Origin: Trichoplax adhaerens
Taxonomy: Eukaryota; Animalia; Placozoa
Length of the DNA: 64,000 bases
Reading direction: 5' to 3'
Assembly: GCF_000150275.1 (NCBI RefSeq)
Contig: NW_002060943.1
Span: forward strand, 5,476,008 to 5,540,007
The notes under the pieces were generated by a model. It was not told where the DNA came from. It saw only the letters and a program-made list of their open reading frames with translations, and made no database searches. Of the stretch, positions 18,698-31,688 are shown in pieces (the stretch's first letter is position 1; each line of letters opens with the position of its first letter). The position numbers and the translations under genes were made by a program.

Positions 18698-21060
18698 ATG
18701 GTATCAACTCAGTCGAGTAAGCAACAAGATCAACATGATCATTATCGGCGATATCGAAGTCGATTTTACATCATTATGGTGTGCATTTTTATCAGTTATG
18801 CATCATTGGTGGTTGGGCGTCGTGCGTTTGCTTTTTGTAAGCCTGCTATGTTGCAAATGGAAGATTTGGATGAAACCAATCTAGGCTGGATTACATCTGG
18901 ATTCTATTTGACATATGCGATCAGCAAGTGTTTTGCTGGTATCATCGCCGATTCATTTAGCTCACGTTTATTTTACCCTGTTTGTTTGTTCGTTAGTAGC
19001 ATCTTTTGTGCAGCTTTTGCAATGTCTACTCAGTTTTATCAGTTGGTTTTATTTTGGAGCTTAGAAGGATTAATCCAAGGTATGTACTATACAATTGTGT
19101 TTTACAGGGACGATAGCAAAAATGAATAAAGTAGATCGTGATCATGATTCGATATCCTAATTGTTTACAAGTTGATGGTATGACATTGCCAAGTGATCAT
19201 CAGTAATACTTTGTGCATAAACAATCAATAGGTTTCGCTTGGCCTACCTGTGGTAAATTATTAATGCATTGGTGTCAGTCTGATGAACTAGCAACATGGT
19301 GGAGCTTCCTCTCTGGAAGTAGCAACGTTAGCGGCTTAATTTCTCCAATTCTATTACCTATCATTATCAATAGCTACGGTTGGAGATGGTGTTTCTATGG
19401 TACTACTTTACTATTGGTTATGGCAGCAGTACTAAATTTCGTTTGCCTTGTGGATTCACCTATCGATATTGGATTATCTCAATATGATGGCGTTATTCAA
19501 AGGCAAGCTAACGTAAGCCCAAAAAATAAAAATAACGAGCCAAAAAAGAATCAAGATGAACTCGATGATCAAATCAATTGGTTACATATTGTGGTATATG
19601 ATCCGCTGCCTAATTTTCTCCATCTATCATATATGATTTGCACTTTCTTGGAGAAATCTTTAATCGACTGGACACAGTTGTATCTTATGCAAGATAAAAA
19701 TTACACTGAAGTTTCAGGTAAATATATCCAACGATGGTTATGTTACTACAATTAGGGTATAAAAACTGACCAAGTAAATAAAACTAATGATTATGTGGTG
19801 TAAAATTAATTTTCTGTTATTGATAATGGTATCAAAGGATTAAATTATTTATAATCGTAACGATCTTTCCATTAATATCTGAGGATTTGACAAATGCAAT
19901 TTGCAGCTCAGAAAAGACGATATCGATGGACACTACTTACAATTATAATACTTAATAGAAATTACACAAGGTCTTATCGCTATACATTACATTAGCTATC
20001 AATAGTAGTCAAAGTTATGATTGTATTCTTAGTACTGCAAGTCAGTTGACTTATAATTGGGTAGTTTGTAGAATAGCTGCAATAAATGCTTATTGGCTAT
20101 TCAAATTATAGCAATAGTTAAATGTAGTACTTTTTTGTGTTTTATACTGCAGCTGCTGCCGCGATTGGTTCATTCGATATTGGAGGAATTACTGGAACTC
20201 TAGTAGCTGGTTATATCTCCGATTCGCTATTGGTAAAGGATTTTTGACAAATGATTTAATGGAATGTACGTGTATAAGTATAATGATACGTGTACTATAT
20301 TATTTACAGAATTGGCGACGGAAAGATCGTTCAGAACCACTTAGTGCTAGCGACAGAGTTTTTTTTACCATGTTTATTGCCGGGATATGTTTTATCGCCT
20401 TTCTGATTCTTCTCCTTCAACCTTCAAATGCTGATATGGTACTTTGCGATTTTACTGCACACGCTGAAACTAGCGCGTATATTGAGTAATATAATACCAG
20501 GATTGCTAAAGATTGGAAATGTATACTTCTTAAAGTTTGTTCTTGCTCATTTCTTTTTTTTCCATATGATTATAGGTAATTGTGCATGTGTCACTGTTTT
20601 TTCTTGGATGTACTATTTGTGGAATTATCTCATTACTAGGCGTTGTTTCTATGGAGAGTGTCCCTGCTAGTATTGCAGGGAGATCTCATACCGTCTTAAC
20701 ACTTTTTGGCAATAGTGAGTATAGATAAATCGATACAATATTAGACAGTATGATAATTATGAGTACGGGTATTGCATTAGAAAGACTAAAAAGTATCACA
20801 ATTGACAATTTTCTATGAGTAATCATTCAATATGAATTTATTATGTTGTCGTTATATGTATATTTGTCGATATTCTATCGTTATTTTTTGTCATAGTTGG
20901 CGGCATTTCATCTGGCTATCCGGTTAGTTTAGTTATAAAGATGTTTGGTTGGACACAAGTTATTCGATTATTCACTGGACTGGCACTAGTGCAAGTGTGT
21001 TGCATGTTGATTTACTTAATAATTAAAAACAATAGGACAAAGAAGATTAAGCAAGCTTAG
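18698..21060 (+). CDS. MFS organophosphate:Pi antiporter family transporter, SLC37A4/G6PT-like (multi-exon)
   Basis: Motifs GRRAFAF, LGWITSGFYLTYAISK, LIQGFAWPTCGKLLMHW..ELATWWSFLSGSSN, DWTQLYLMQDK, FDIGGITGTLVAGYISD and ES.PASIAGRSH. The protein ends KKIKQA* (stop 21058-21060). It is divergent, so it may be a paralog rather than the strict ortholog. Confidence 0.85.
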
Positions 21061-22752
21061 AATCCGTTGGTTTAACATTTGGCTTTGAAATACAACTGTT
21101 ACTCGATTTATCTGATTGTTTTCTAACCATAACAGACAGTTTTTACGATTTCGGAATTGACTTATTAAAATTTTAAATAAATGAAAACTGAAAGATCGTG
21201 AATATCATTACACAACAGTGCGAATGGTATGAAGAATTAACGAAATAATATTTTCCTGAAATTTTTGAATTATTTGTTCAATATGTAATTTTTCTACTAG
21301 CATAATTCAAAAAATTATAAGATGCTGATTTGGAATAATTGTAAATTCTGCTTTTGTTAGTTTCTCTTTATTACAAGGATACGTAACAATTAGGTCCAAT
21401 CAGCACGTCAACGTGACCAATGTTAATTAACCGATATCAACCACTTTGGGAATTAATCATCCAAGTGTAAACGGTTCGATATCTGTAGATTCAGTTTTGT
21501 GTGCGCAGTATGATAGATCATACATCTCCATACAATACATTTCGTAAGTTGATCATCATTTGTAAATTCAGTTTGTATGCACAGTATAAAGTATGAGAAG
21601 GATAGATCACACGTTTCCTGCGTGATTATAATTATTAATTAATCACCAAGTGTTATTTTGAAAGAAGGTTGATTTATTGACCTCGAAAGGGTTTATTTAT
21701 ATACCTCGAGTGAAATTGTCTATTGACTTATCGCATTGCAGTATCCAATAAATTATATCGATGACTTTCAATTCAATTTATTTAAGATTCTTAATAAGTG
21801 GTTGTTTCCTGCTAGAAATAGCATGTACTTTACGTAGAATTATTAATAATTAAAATCGTTCTACGCAAATGTATAATACTGTACATCATATATTTAAGAA
21901 TGGGTAGTATCTATTAAAAGTCAGTTGTCCGTATGCAATCATGAAAGGTGCCTTGTTTGTGATTAGACGACTAGACTAAACATCGCTATTTACAGGTAGA
22001 TTTATTAGAATTTTGCATAAAGTTAATTAACTCTCCATCAGAATTTCGATTCCTGCTGGTATTATAAAAAAAACGGTAAAGATTTCTGCAATATTTGTGT
22101 ATTACCTTTTTCTACAAGTTCTTATACCGTATGATGGCCGACTACGGTTAGTTCAGATCAGTATCAATCGAACCAACGTTAATTAAGTAAAGTTATATTT
22201 GGTAAATTAATCATATACGGGGGGGATTCAGAAATAAATTTGAATTATCCTTGGCAGTAATTGATGAGTTTTTAGTTCAACAAAATTACCTTCACGAATT
22301 GATAGCATATATTATTGATCTTAATATATAATTTACTGTTAATCTATTGTAACATTTACTCAATCGAGTCGATATCAATTCAATATTTTAAGATTACAAA
22401 ATGTAAAAATAGTAATATCTAGGTAAAGTAATGTCACAGTAGTTATATACAGGATTGGTTATATATCACATATTTACAAATGGTATCGCTTTGTTACAGT
22501 GCCAGTTACCTTACACGATCTTGAAAATATTTTTAGTTAAAGTATTACAATCACAATGGACAATAACAAGGAATCTGAAAATACGAAATATTCATTGCCG
22601 TAGATAGTTACAATTAGACTGTAGAAGTAGTTTACACATAAGAATCAGTTCTCGATTTCATTTCATATATATATATATATATATACACATAATATACAAA
22701 AATATATTGCATAAAGATTTACAAATTGTAAAATACTGATTCCATTATAATC

Positions 22753-25700
22753 CTACTGCCATTGATAGTAAATGATATTATGATCTGTAAGTGTACCCAA
22801 ATAGTGAACATTGCCTGGGACGGGTACAACGGTAAAGTCTAACGGAGGTGAGGTTAGTGGTGGTAACGTTTGTACTTCAGCACCAGATTCTGTACTCCAT
22901 AACTTGACCTTAATTGGTAGAAAATCGACAGTAAATGCTTAGTTGTCGTAGAAACATAAATCATTTTTTCGTGCAAATTATAGTTATAGTACCGTTTTAG
23001 TTGATTCATCCCCAGCACAAACGATCGATTTGCCTGGAACTCCAGGATGAGGGTAAAGCATAGAACGAGACAATAATCTGTGAACATTACTACCGTAAAA
23101 GGAATGTAACACTTTACTTTCGCAAGAACGTCCATCAACATTTTCTTGCAACGATAGCTCACATACCTGCAATATTATGTTAAAACAACGAAGTTAATTA
23201 AAATACTAATTTTTAATGTTGTCATTGCTCGTACAGTAATGGTTTATAATTTGCATACAGAAAACAAGTAGGTCACATTAGGTTGTAATAGAATCTAAAG
23301 CGTTACGATAAAATTTTACGTTTTTATAATTACCATATGCCTAGTTCTTGGGATTGATTGTGAGGGCCTATAGCTAAAAAGGCAATGTCTTGATAAAGGG
23401 TCGAATGACATAGAAGTGAGGGAACCTGTAATAAATCAAGTAATATGTAGTACAAGTTTAAGATAAACATAACGACCAATAGCGGATACCTTCTGGCAGT
23501 TGTATTTGGTAAGGCACAAACTCGGATAAATTAGCATTATAGATAAAATAACAGTTCCTAAGAGTTCCTGCTAAGATTCCGGCAGCCCTTCATTGTATTA
23601 TAAGCAAATAGAATTCATTACACTGGTTTTGTATAGCTACTTTAGATATTACGATGTAATAATAAAAAACAAAATTAAAAAATATTAAACCAGTTTTATA
23701 AAGCCTCTGTCGACATTACGATGTGGTAATGAAAAATAACGTTAGTTTAAGATATGGTGCACTAATTAAATAATTATTCATCGTAACCCGTAGTACCATA
23801 GGTATGCGTACTACACAGATAGGTTCTTACCCTAAAGTTGAGCTAGGATTATGAGGTACATAGGCTAGAGACACAACAGGACAATTGCCAGCCTGGATAG
23901 CTTTAACATGTTCAGAGGTATTACGCATGTCATAAACTAAACAGGATCCATTGCTAACACCAGCATATATATAGTTTGTATCCACTGTATTCCAGGCGCA
24001 TGACCATACAGGCAATTCACACTTATAACTTTGGCGATATTGTGATGATGAAATAAAAATATTTATTTTTATTATGTAGATAATATTTATAACGTGAGAT
24101 GGTTAAGGTCTTGGAATAATAACTTGGTAACTTACGTTTGCACAACATTGTCCGTCGACATGCTAGTAATTTTAAGGGTTTTATCTAGAGATGCGCTCAA
24201 GAGCAGATTATCGCCACTTTGGTTGAATTTAAGGTCTCTGATATCTTTATTATGTAGTTTTAGAAAAAAGGGATTTCGCACATCTAGTGAACTGATCTGC
24301 AATGTTATTAATGCAAAGAAAGACAATACTCAGAAAATTGAAGGCTAGCATAAAAAATCGACTATGTAATAATAGTGTATTTTATGAGATAAACATTTAA
24401 ATGTTAGAAAAGAACCTTGACGATTCCAAAGCCAGGAAATAAGCGATTTTGAGATGGCTTGGAAACTAACAAGTTTGCCGAGCAGACGTCGAATGCCATG
24501 ACTCTACAGTTTCCTTGCTAAAAATGCATAATGCATATACGTAGGTAACCATTACATAGTTATGTTACACGACATTTGAGATAGTCAATTTACCATCCAC
24601 ATTATTGAACGTCTAAAATGGAACAAAGTCCGAATCCATTCTAACCTGTGATATTTGGACAGTAGTCTTATAATGGTAACCGGATGGCATTAATTTTGCC
24701 TTTTTAGGCGAATTTTCATATAAGTTTCCCTTGGAACTGAAATTAAAAATTAAATGATGAACTAAAGTTATTACAAGTAAAAGTGAATGGAAACTACTAC
24801 CTGTACAACTTAATGAAACTTTATGCTAGGTTATTGCGATCACGTTACAAGTTTTAATACCTGCTAGCTGATTGACCTTGATGTTTACCGACATTTCTTT
24901 CATCTTCTTGAGCTATCTTTCTTTCATATTCTTTGTTAACCAATTTAAGTTGTTCTACATGTTGCTCAGCAGCTAGTCGAAGCATTCGTTCTCGTTTCCA
25001 GTCTTCTACAGCTCGATCTCGCTCCGTTGTATCAATCACTTTAATACTTTTAGCGAATAATATTCGTATGTCTGATTTTTTAGAGAGAGCATTGCATTGG
25101 GGACATTTCGCAGAATTTCCTTTCTTGCCATTTAGCCATTTACTAATGCAACTGAGTAATAACACATTATAATAATTAAGAGTAGACATAGAACCTCAGC
25201 AGATTTTATCGATTTCCGATTACGATAATTAAAGACATAGACCCACAACTTGCACATTGTACAAGTAGTTTCAAATTGTCATAATAAGCGATCTAATCGC
25301 CGTAAACTAGTAAATACTGTGCTATGAGCCATCTTCCTAAAAAAATATTACATGGGTGATTAATATTAAAGGTAACCATTTAGACAACCAAGTCTATTTA
25401 TATGCTGAAAAGCAGATTTTCCAATTCACTTTCAGGATAAAGGGATTTAAGCGATGAAAGAAATTCAACTCATTAGGTTTTTTAGGTTATGAGGAATTGG
25501 TAGCGTGTGTTTATAGCAGATGCTTAATAAATTAGATCAGTAATAGGGTAAAACCTGATGATCTAGAAAAGGTTTACAACAAGCTAAGCCATTAACAATA
25601 AAGCTAAAGGCTAGAAAATAGAAGTAGCCGTTGGCCCTTAACAAGTCATGCTACATCTCATGACTGCATTAAGAGAAACATCAGACTACCTGTACCGTAT

Positions 25701-26329
25701 ATTATTGTTAATTGTAGGATAGATATAACTATCCATAAAACCAGAAGGAATAGACTTTAATGGTGCACAAATTTAATAATTTTAATCATATAGTTATCAG
25801 AGAAGGAAAGTCATGTCATCACATGGAATCATCTCGTACCCGAAGCCGAATAAATGACCGCACTTCAAGCAACTGAGTCGATGATCACCAGAATTGGAAA
25901 ACGGTTCGAAGCAAATGGAGCAAATCTAGGATAGAGATATGATTAATTTACGATTAGTCCCTTTACGATTCTTTGATAATTATGGGATAAAGATAATGAA
26001 TGAGTCGTTGATGTATCATTAGCGAATAATCATGAGGTTGCAGATACGAATTACTGTAGGTTTATTCGACATTCCTGTAGCAAGGCTGTAAAGTGAAATA
26101 TGACAAGGAGTGAACTCACGTCGCCATCGCTTTCATTAGATTTTTCTGCAGATGCTTGGGGTAGTTGATTGGTTTCTTCTTGCTGTCTATTTCCTTGATT
26201 GTCGCTAACGTCGTCCTCTTCGCTTTCAGTCTCAGTACTTTCGTTAGTATATTCATCACTAGCACGATCAGAATTATTGTCAGTCAAGTCGACCACTCGT
26301 GGCCCTTGAACTGACGACGTTTGGCTCAT
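22753..26329 (-). CDS. RFWD3: RING-WD40 E3 ubiquitin ligase RFWD3 (multi-exon)
   Basis: Acidic N-terminal exon 26329-26120. [44 protein letters not shown], then coiled coil DTTERDRA.. and WD40 exons ([23 protein letters not shown]; PVWSCAW; CAGDES). Last exon ends YYQWQ*. Confidence 0.93.
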
Positions 26330-26773
26330 TCTTCGGTATTCTGGAAACTTCAAAAATGTAACATGGTGATCAGTATTTAATTTTACATTTGGTTTCGCAA
26401 TCAAGAATTGCTACTAAAATTGCTACTACGCCTACTAGCATAAACAAATCTTCATAGTCCTATAAATCGTAAAAATCATCAAACTCATCATAATCGCCAA
26501 AATCGTCCATGACATACAATAAATGCATTCAATTATCACGACAGCTTCGATTACGGGGTAAAATAAAATACACCATTGGAACAACTACTCCACTCGTTGT
26601 TAATACTACCAATGGTAGCATTTTCACAGTGTGGGTATTGAGCGTAAATAAAGTTTTTGAACAGTTACCGTTAATATAATTCAGGGGTCTCAATCGGTGT
26701 TATTTTAGAGATTAATAATAGAAAGGTATCAATTTTCGTCTAGCGATGATGCACAGTATGCGTTCGTGAACTC

Positions 26774-26960
26774 TACTGTACACTAGATGGTCAGCATGTG
26801 ACGTACCAAGTCCAACATTGATCGAAAAAATTGTTGACAGAAAGGAATTTATTGTGCAGAAAGTAGACGATGCTTTTATACAGATATAATGTACTGTGCT
26901 ATGATAAAGTACAGTATATGTACTGTAAGTGTCATCTTCTCAAGTACAGCATGTACAGTA
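26774..26960. repeat. ACAGT/ACTGT island upstream of RFWD3
   Basis: Scattered tactgtaca, gtactgtg, gtacagta, gtactgta and catgtacagta units. Confidence 0.6.
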
Positions 26961-27841
26961 TGTCTGAAGGAATGTATCCTAACTAGGCGTTAGATCCACT
27001 TATTAGTGAACTTTGTAATTTATGAAAGCTTGAGACTGAAAGACATCCACATCGCTCGAGCTTCAAGCCGATTGTCCATAAATATAAGCGTAAGGATGCA
27101 TGTTGACACCGGGTTGTCCTATCTACGTATAAGGCAGTTGGATATTTACAAGAACGTGGTCATTTTTCGTGCTTCATAGCTTGAGCATTAAAACACCATT
27201 TAAGGTGTTCTCCTAACGAAGGACAGTGGTAATACGATGAAGGATTTTAGAAGTCGTACAAGTCCTCTGCTTGTCATCAAGACGTGGCGAGTTGAGAAAG
27301 TTGGTAACAGGTCATGGTAGATCCTACTAGATGAGAACACTGCAATACATAATAGGGGGACCTGAAGTGATACTAGCTACTTTGACAGACGATCTAGGCG
27401 TAATATGACTGTATGCCTTGCTGTAATCCTTTCGGTGCGGCCAACCAATTCTCCTTAAGCTTGTTCATGGCGATGGTTAGTTAGGGCCTTAGCCTTTAGG
27501 CAAGGTAGGCTGCAGACATGGATCTACCCTACGTCCATTCTACTGTACTGGCTTAAACTACAGCGTAATCCATGCATTTTCGCTATAATCAACAGGCATT
27601 ATCGGATCATATTTGCTTTGTGACTGGAAGGGATGGATCGCTTGGATCAATCCCAACCATTCTATCAATCTATTGCAATTTACCTGTTCAATTTCTCTTT
27701 CAAGGCAGGCGTTGCAGAATAAGAGTAGAATGGAAACAAGTTTAATCTCATCGCAGTCGCGAAGGGCTAAGTCCGCCAATCTGCACAGGAAGATTTTGAA
27801 CTTGCGCAGGCGTAGATGGAGCCGTGCCATGACCAATGAGC

Positions 27842-28002
27842 GTACAGTGTACAGTGCCAACAGTGCTACCGTGGTATCGTAACTTCAAAATACTTTGTAC
27901 TGTACACTCTACAGTACATACTGTACGGTGCTGTACTGTAGTCTGCAGGTTGGGAACTCGGCTGACGAGCAGCCGAGCCTGGTTGCTCGGAGACCTACAG
28001 TA
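27842..28002. repeat. ACAGT/ACTGT island with nested GC-rich hairpin upstream of TRDMT1
   Basis: gtacagtgtacagtg and gtactgtacactctacagtacatactgtacggtgctgtactgta, followed by a hairpin element at 27934-28002. Confidence 0.8.
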
Positions 28003-28214
28003 GGGCAGCACTTAGCAGTGAGAGCTCGTTTTGCCATCGTAGGTGCTAGTTGCAAGTAGTTCGTGATTTGGTGATAGAAATATCAAAGCGATAGGTTAGA
28101 TACTGTAAGGTGATGACGAATTGATGCAGTTGTTATGGTAATATCAATGAGTTTATTATGATGCCCGTTGTGGGAATGATCATCTAATAACTTGTACGCA
28201 ATATTGTCGTAATC

Positions 28215-31200
28215 ATGTCGTCTGCTCGAGGTCAAGTAATGCAGGTAGTGGAGTTTTACAGTGGCATTGGAGGCATGCATTATGCATTACAAGGTAGATA
28301 GACATAATTCAATCATACTCACTGCTCAATAATTTAGAATAGTGAATAGTATACATAATTTTACCTACATTTGTACAATCGAGGATTGTACAAGGGCAAA
28401 TTAATAGTATAAATCAGTAGACAGTAATATTATCTTTAAAATGACAGTAGACGAATGGCTCCGAAATAAAAATAATATAGACTATGTGGAATAATACAAC
28501 ACAAGCAATTACTAAGTCGTACTTGCTAATTTCCTACAGAGAGTAACATCAATGCAAAAATTTTAGCGGCCATTGACATTAATACTGTTGCAAATAATGT
28601 CTACCGTCATAACTTTGGCAATACACCAGTATGGCAGCGAGAGATAGGAGTAAGAATCGATTTTATTGAGTATTCAATTACTTTGTAAAGATCAATCAAT
28701 GATTAATGTACAATATTGACGGTGTGTCTTTTTTGGTCATAAAACATTAATGGAACGTAATACAATCATGATCAATCAAAATGAATGAGCAGAAAATATC
28801 GTTGAAAGAATTACAAGAACTTAATGGTGATTTATATACTATGTCGCCTCCTTGCCAGCCTTTTACAAGGTTTGATAAATAAATTAGGATAGAATAATCA
28901 TTTAATTACCTAGAACATGGAGTTATCTCAATGATTGTCTCGCAGTAAACTAGAGTTATACTAACGTAGTTGATTAACCATTTATCTTTTTCTACGTTTT
29001 ACTATAAAATATCTTTTCAAAAAGGCTTGGTAAAAAAGCGGATGTTAACGATGCTCGCACCAGCAGCTTTTTACATGTTATTGATTTATTGATAAAGTAA
29101 GTCAATTGGATAAGAATTATCATCACTTCATTTATTGGACATTAAGAGATGTGGCTATACTGTACTTTCAAATTAATTAATCTTTAGCCAAACTTGTATT
29201 GACTTTTATTAACCTGTATTAGAATGGAAAACCCTCCAAAGTATATTTTGTTAGAGAATGTAAAAGGTTTTGAAACTTCCGCAGCTAGGTTAGTTATTGA
29301 ACAGATTGATAATGTCATTTATCTATTGTTTATATGAAGGCTAATAAAATAACTAAATCGGCTTCCATATTATTACTGAAATTATTCTTGTGTTAGCAGA
29401 TTATTTGCATTTTCCAAATTGAAAGGGATTGATAAATTATGTTTTTAGAAATGCCCTTATTTCAGCCTTGAAACAGCGTAATTATTCCTATCAAGTAAGC
29501 ATTAGGGCTAATATTTTCTTGTTATACTTGATTACCTTGATACGTAAAAGTATTGTAGTTGTTAGCTTCACATGCGAGCATGTATTACATAGGTAGAAAT
29601 GTAATGAAATGTAAATTCTCTCATACGTTTGTTTATTTTGATATTTTTAACCTGACTTTTGGCTATACTGTCGTTACAGGAATTTTTATTGACACCATTA
29701 CAGGTACGCTAATGTCAATTCATGCACTATAAATCTTATCAGCTATTGTATGATAGTGAGTAAGACAAATTGCTAACACTATCAACAAAAACATAGCTAA
29801 ATAATTTATGTTACATCATAATCACAACTAGCCAATAACTAAACGTACATAAAGGTATATTGTTTCTTCATTACGCTTTGATTTTGTCCAGTTTGGGATA
29901 CCAAATTCTAGATTAAGGTATTACATAATTTGCACAAGAGATGCAAACTTGTCATTTCCTACAACAGAAGAGGTACGGTAGATTTTCTTGCATTTATTAA
30001 TTAATATAACTATATCTTTCTGTTAATTCCTGCGACTATTGTTATCATATTGTACAATCTCATGGAATTTAAATCCGTGTCAATTTGATATCGTAATTTG
30101 ACTCTGATAATTATAATTTATATTCGGAAATGACTCATTACATAATTATGTATAGAGGAAATGATAGAATCTCTTTTAGAATACATTTTTACTGCTATTA
30201 AGGGAATGATTACGTTTCATGACAAGCTATCTATTGTATCCTATTTTTATGAAATATGAAACTCATATCGCTTGATGCATTCGGTAATGCAAAAGGTTAT
30301 GATGGAACTTCCGAATTTCGGTAAAAGGATGAAATACTTAACTTAGAGTTTTACCGCGGTCAAGTGTACTGGACTGCGCACAAATACTGACGTTCTTGTA
30401 CTTTAACCCAATTGATCAATCAAAATTTGGTCATCAGCCATGTCTTATACGAATTCCAATGTCCTATTTTGATAATACAGGCCAAGTCAGTAAGGTCAGA
30501 TGTGTTTCGGACTTTATGGAAAATTTGACAAATCATAGTATCCAATCATATTTCTTGCCGCAATCAACAATAGAGCGATTTCTTAAAGTATTAGGTAGTG
30601 TGGTCCTATATTTTTTATTACTCATACGTGCTGTTATTAATAGTATTGAACTAGATGTTATTTTAGATTATTTAAGTATTTTCTATTTAATTTTAAGATG
30701 TTGTGAAACCCGATTCGCAAAGATCGTGCTGTTTTACTAAATCGTAAGCCAAGTATTATCATTATTTATGAGCTAATCGCTTAGATATTAAATTTACTTT
30801 GCAAGCGTATTATTTCAGAGAAAAAATAATGCATTTTTTATTCAAGAAATTTCTTACAAGTAGTCATTGATATTAGATCATTTTTCCCACTTGAAAAATT
30901 TAGTTACTTCCATTACGCCGAAGGAACAGGATCCGTATTACAAATAACAAACCCAATTTTAGTAAGTACTGCAATTGACATTAAAGTTTTCATACAATAT
31001 ATTAAATTAAATATATAAAATGATAATATTGTTAGATAAAGTATAATGTGCACAAAAATGAATGCCAATAATCAGAATATTAATCTTACAATTTATAGGA
31101 TAGCAATCTCAATTTGAAAATTAATGATACTTCCAATGATGATAACCAACTATTACAGCATCTTAAACTTCGATATTTTACACCTAGAGAAGTCGCAAAT

Positions 31201-31326
31201 ATTCATTGCTTTCCAGTACATTTTAATTTTCCTGAAAATGCTACTAAAAAGCAGTGTTATCGTCTTTTAGGAAATAGCCTTAACGTTCATGTAGCGTCAG
31301 AGTTATTAAAATTGTTAATTACATAA
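28215..31326 (+). CDS. TRDMT1: tRNA (cytosine-38-C5) methyltransferase DNMT2 (about 13 exons)
   Basis: Motif I VEFYSGIGGMH, motif IV MSPPCQPFTR, motif VI LLENVKGFE, motif VIII FGIPNSRLRYY, the DNMT2-diagnostic CCFTKSY..EGTGS, and LRYFTPREVAN..LLGNSLNV. Includes a 24-nt exon encoding EFLLTPLQ. Confidence 0.95.
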
Positions 31327-31688
31327 ACTTATTCCATTATAATTTGTTAGTAGTAATTCAACACCTAATAAGTGTAATCGAAATTTGACCAAGCGTAAGT
31401 TAAATATTATTATATTATTAAATTATACATTTAAAGTAATATAGGCAATATTATTAATAAATAAATTCTGTCGAAAAAGAAAAATATGTATTTCCATGCT
31501 TAGGACAAATTGTAAGTAAGTCCTGTTTTTCGTTACTATCACGTTACCGTTGGATTTCCAACAAGAAGTCGATGCTTACGTTTAGTTAAGAATACATAAA
31601 TCGTAGAAAAAGATTTTAAGCATATAGAATAGGTTTTAATGTTCAAAAATTTTCTCGTCAAGAGTATATGTAGGTATTATATATAAGT

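Noticed and set aside
22664-22686. (TA)n runs here and near 15235 and 15975
   Set aside because: Ordinary microsatellites in 3' regions.
23426-23489. Possible U12 intron in RFWD3 (donor GTATCCGC)
   Set aside because: Lacks the TT at +7/+8 and any CCTTAAC-like branch site; ordinary U2 acceptor.
28215-31326. DNA C5-methyltransferase / restriction-modification link to GTAC-rich islands
   Set aside because: The CFT and EGTGS motifs identify tRNA-specific DNMT2. There is no evidence that it targets these sites.
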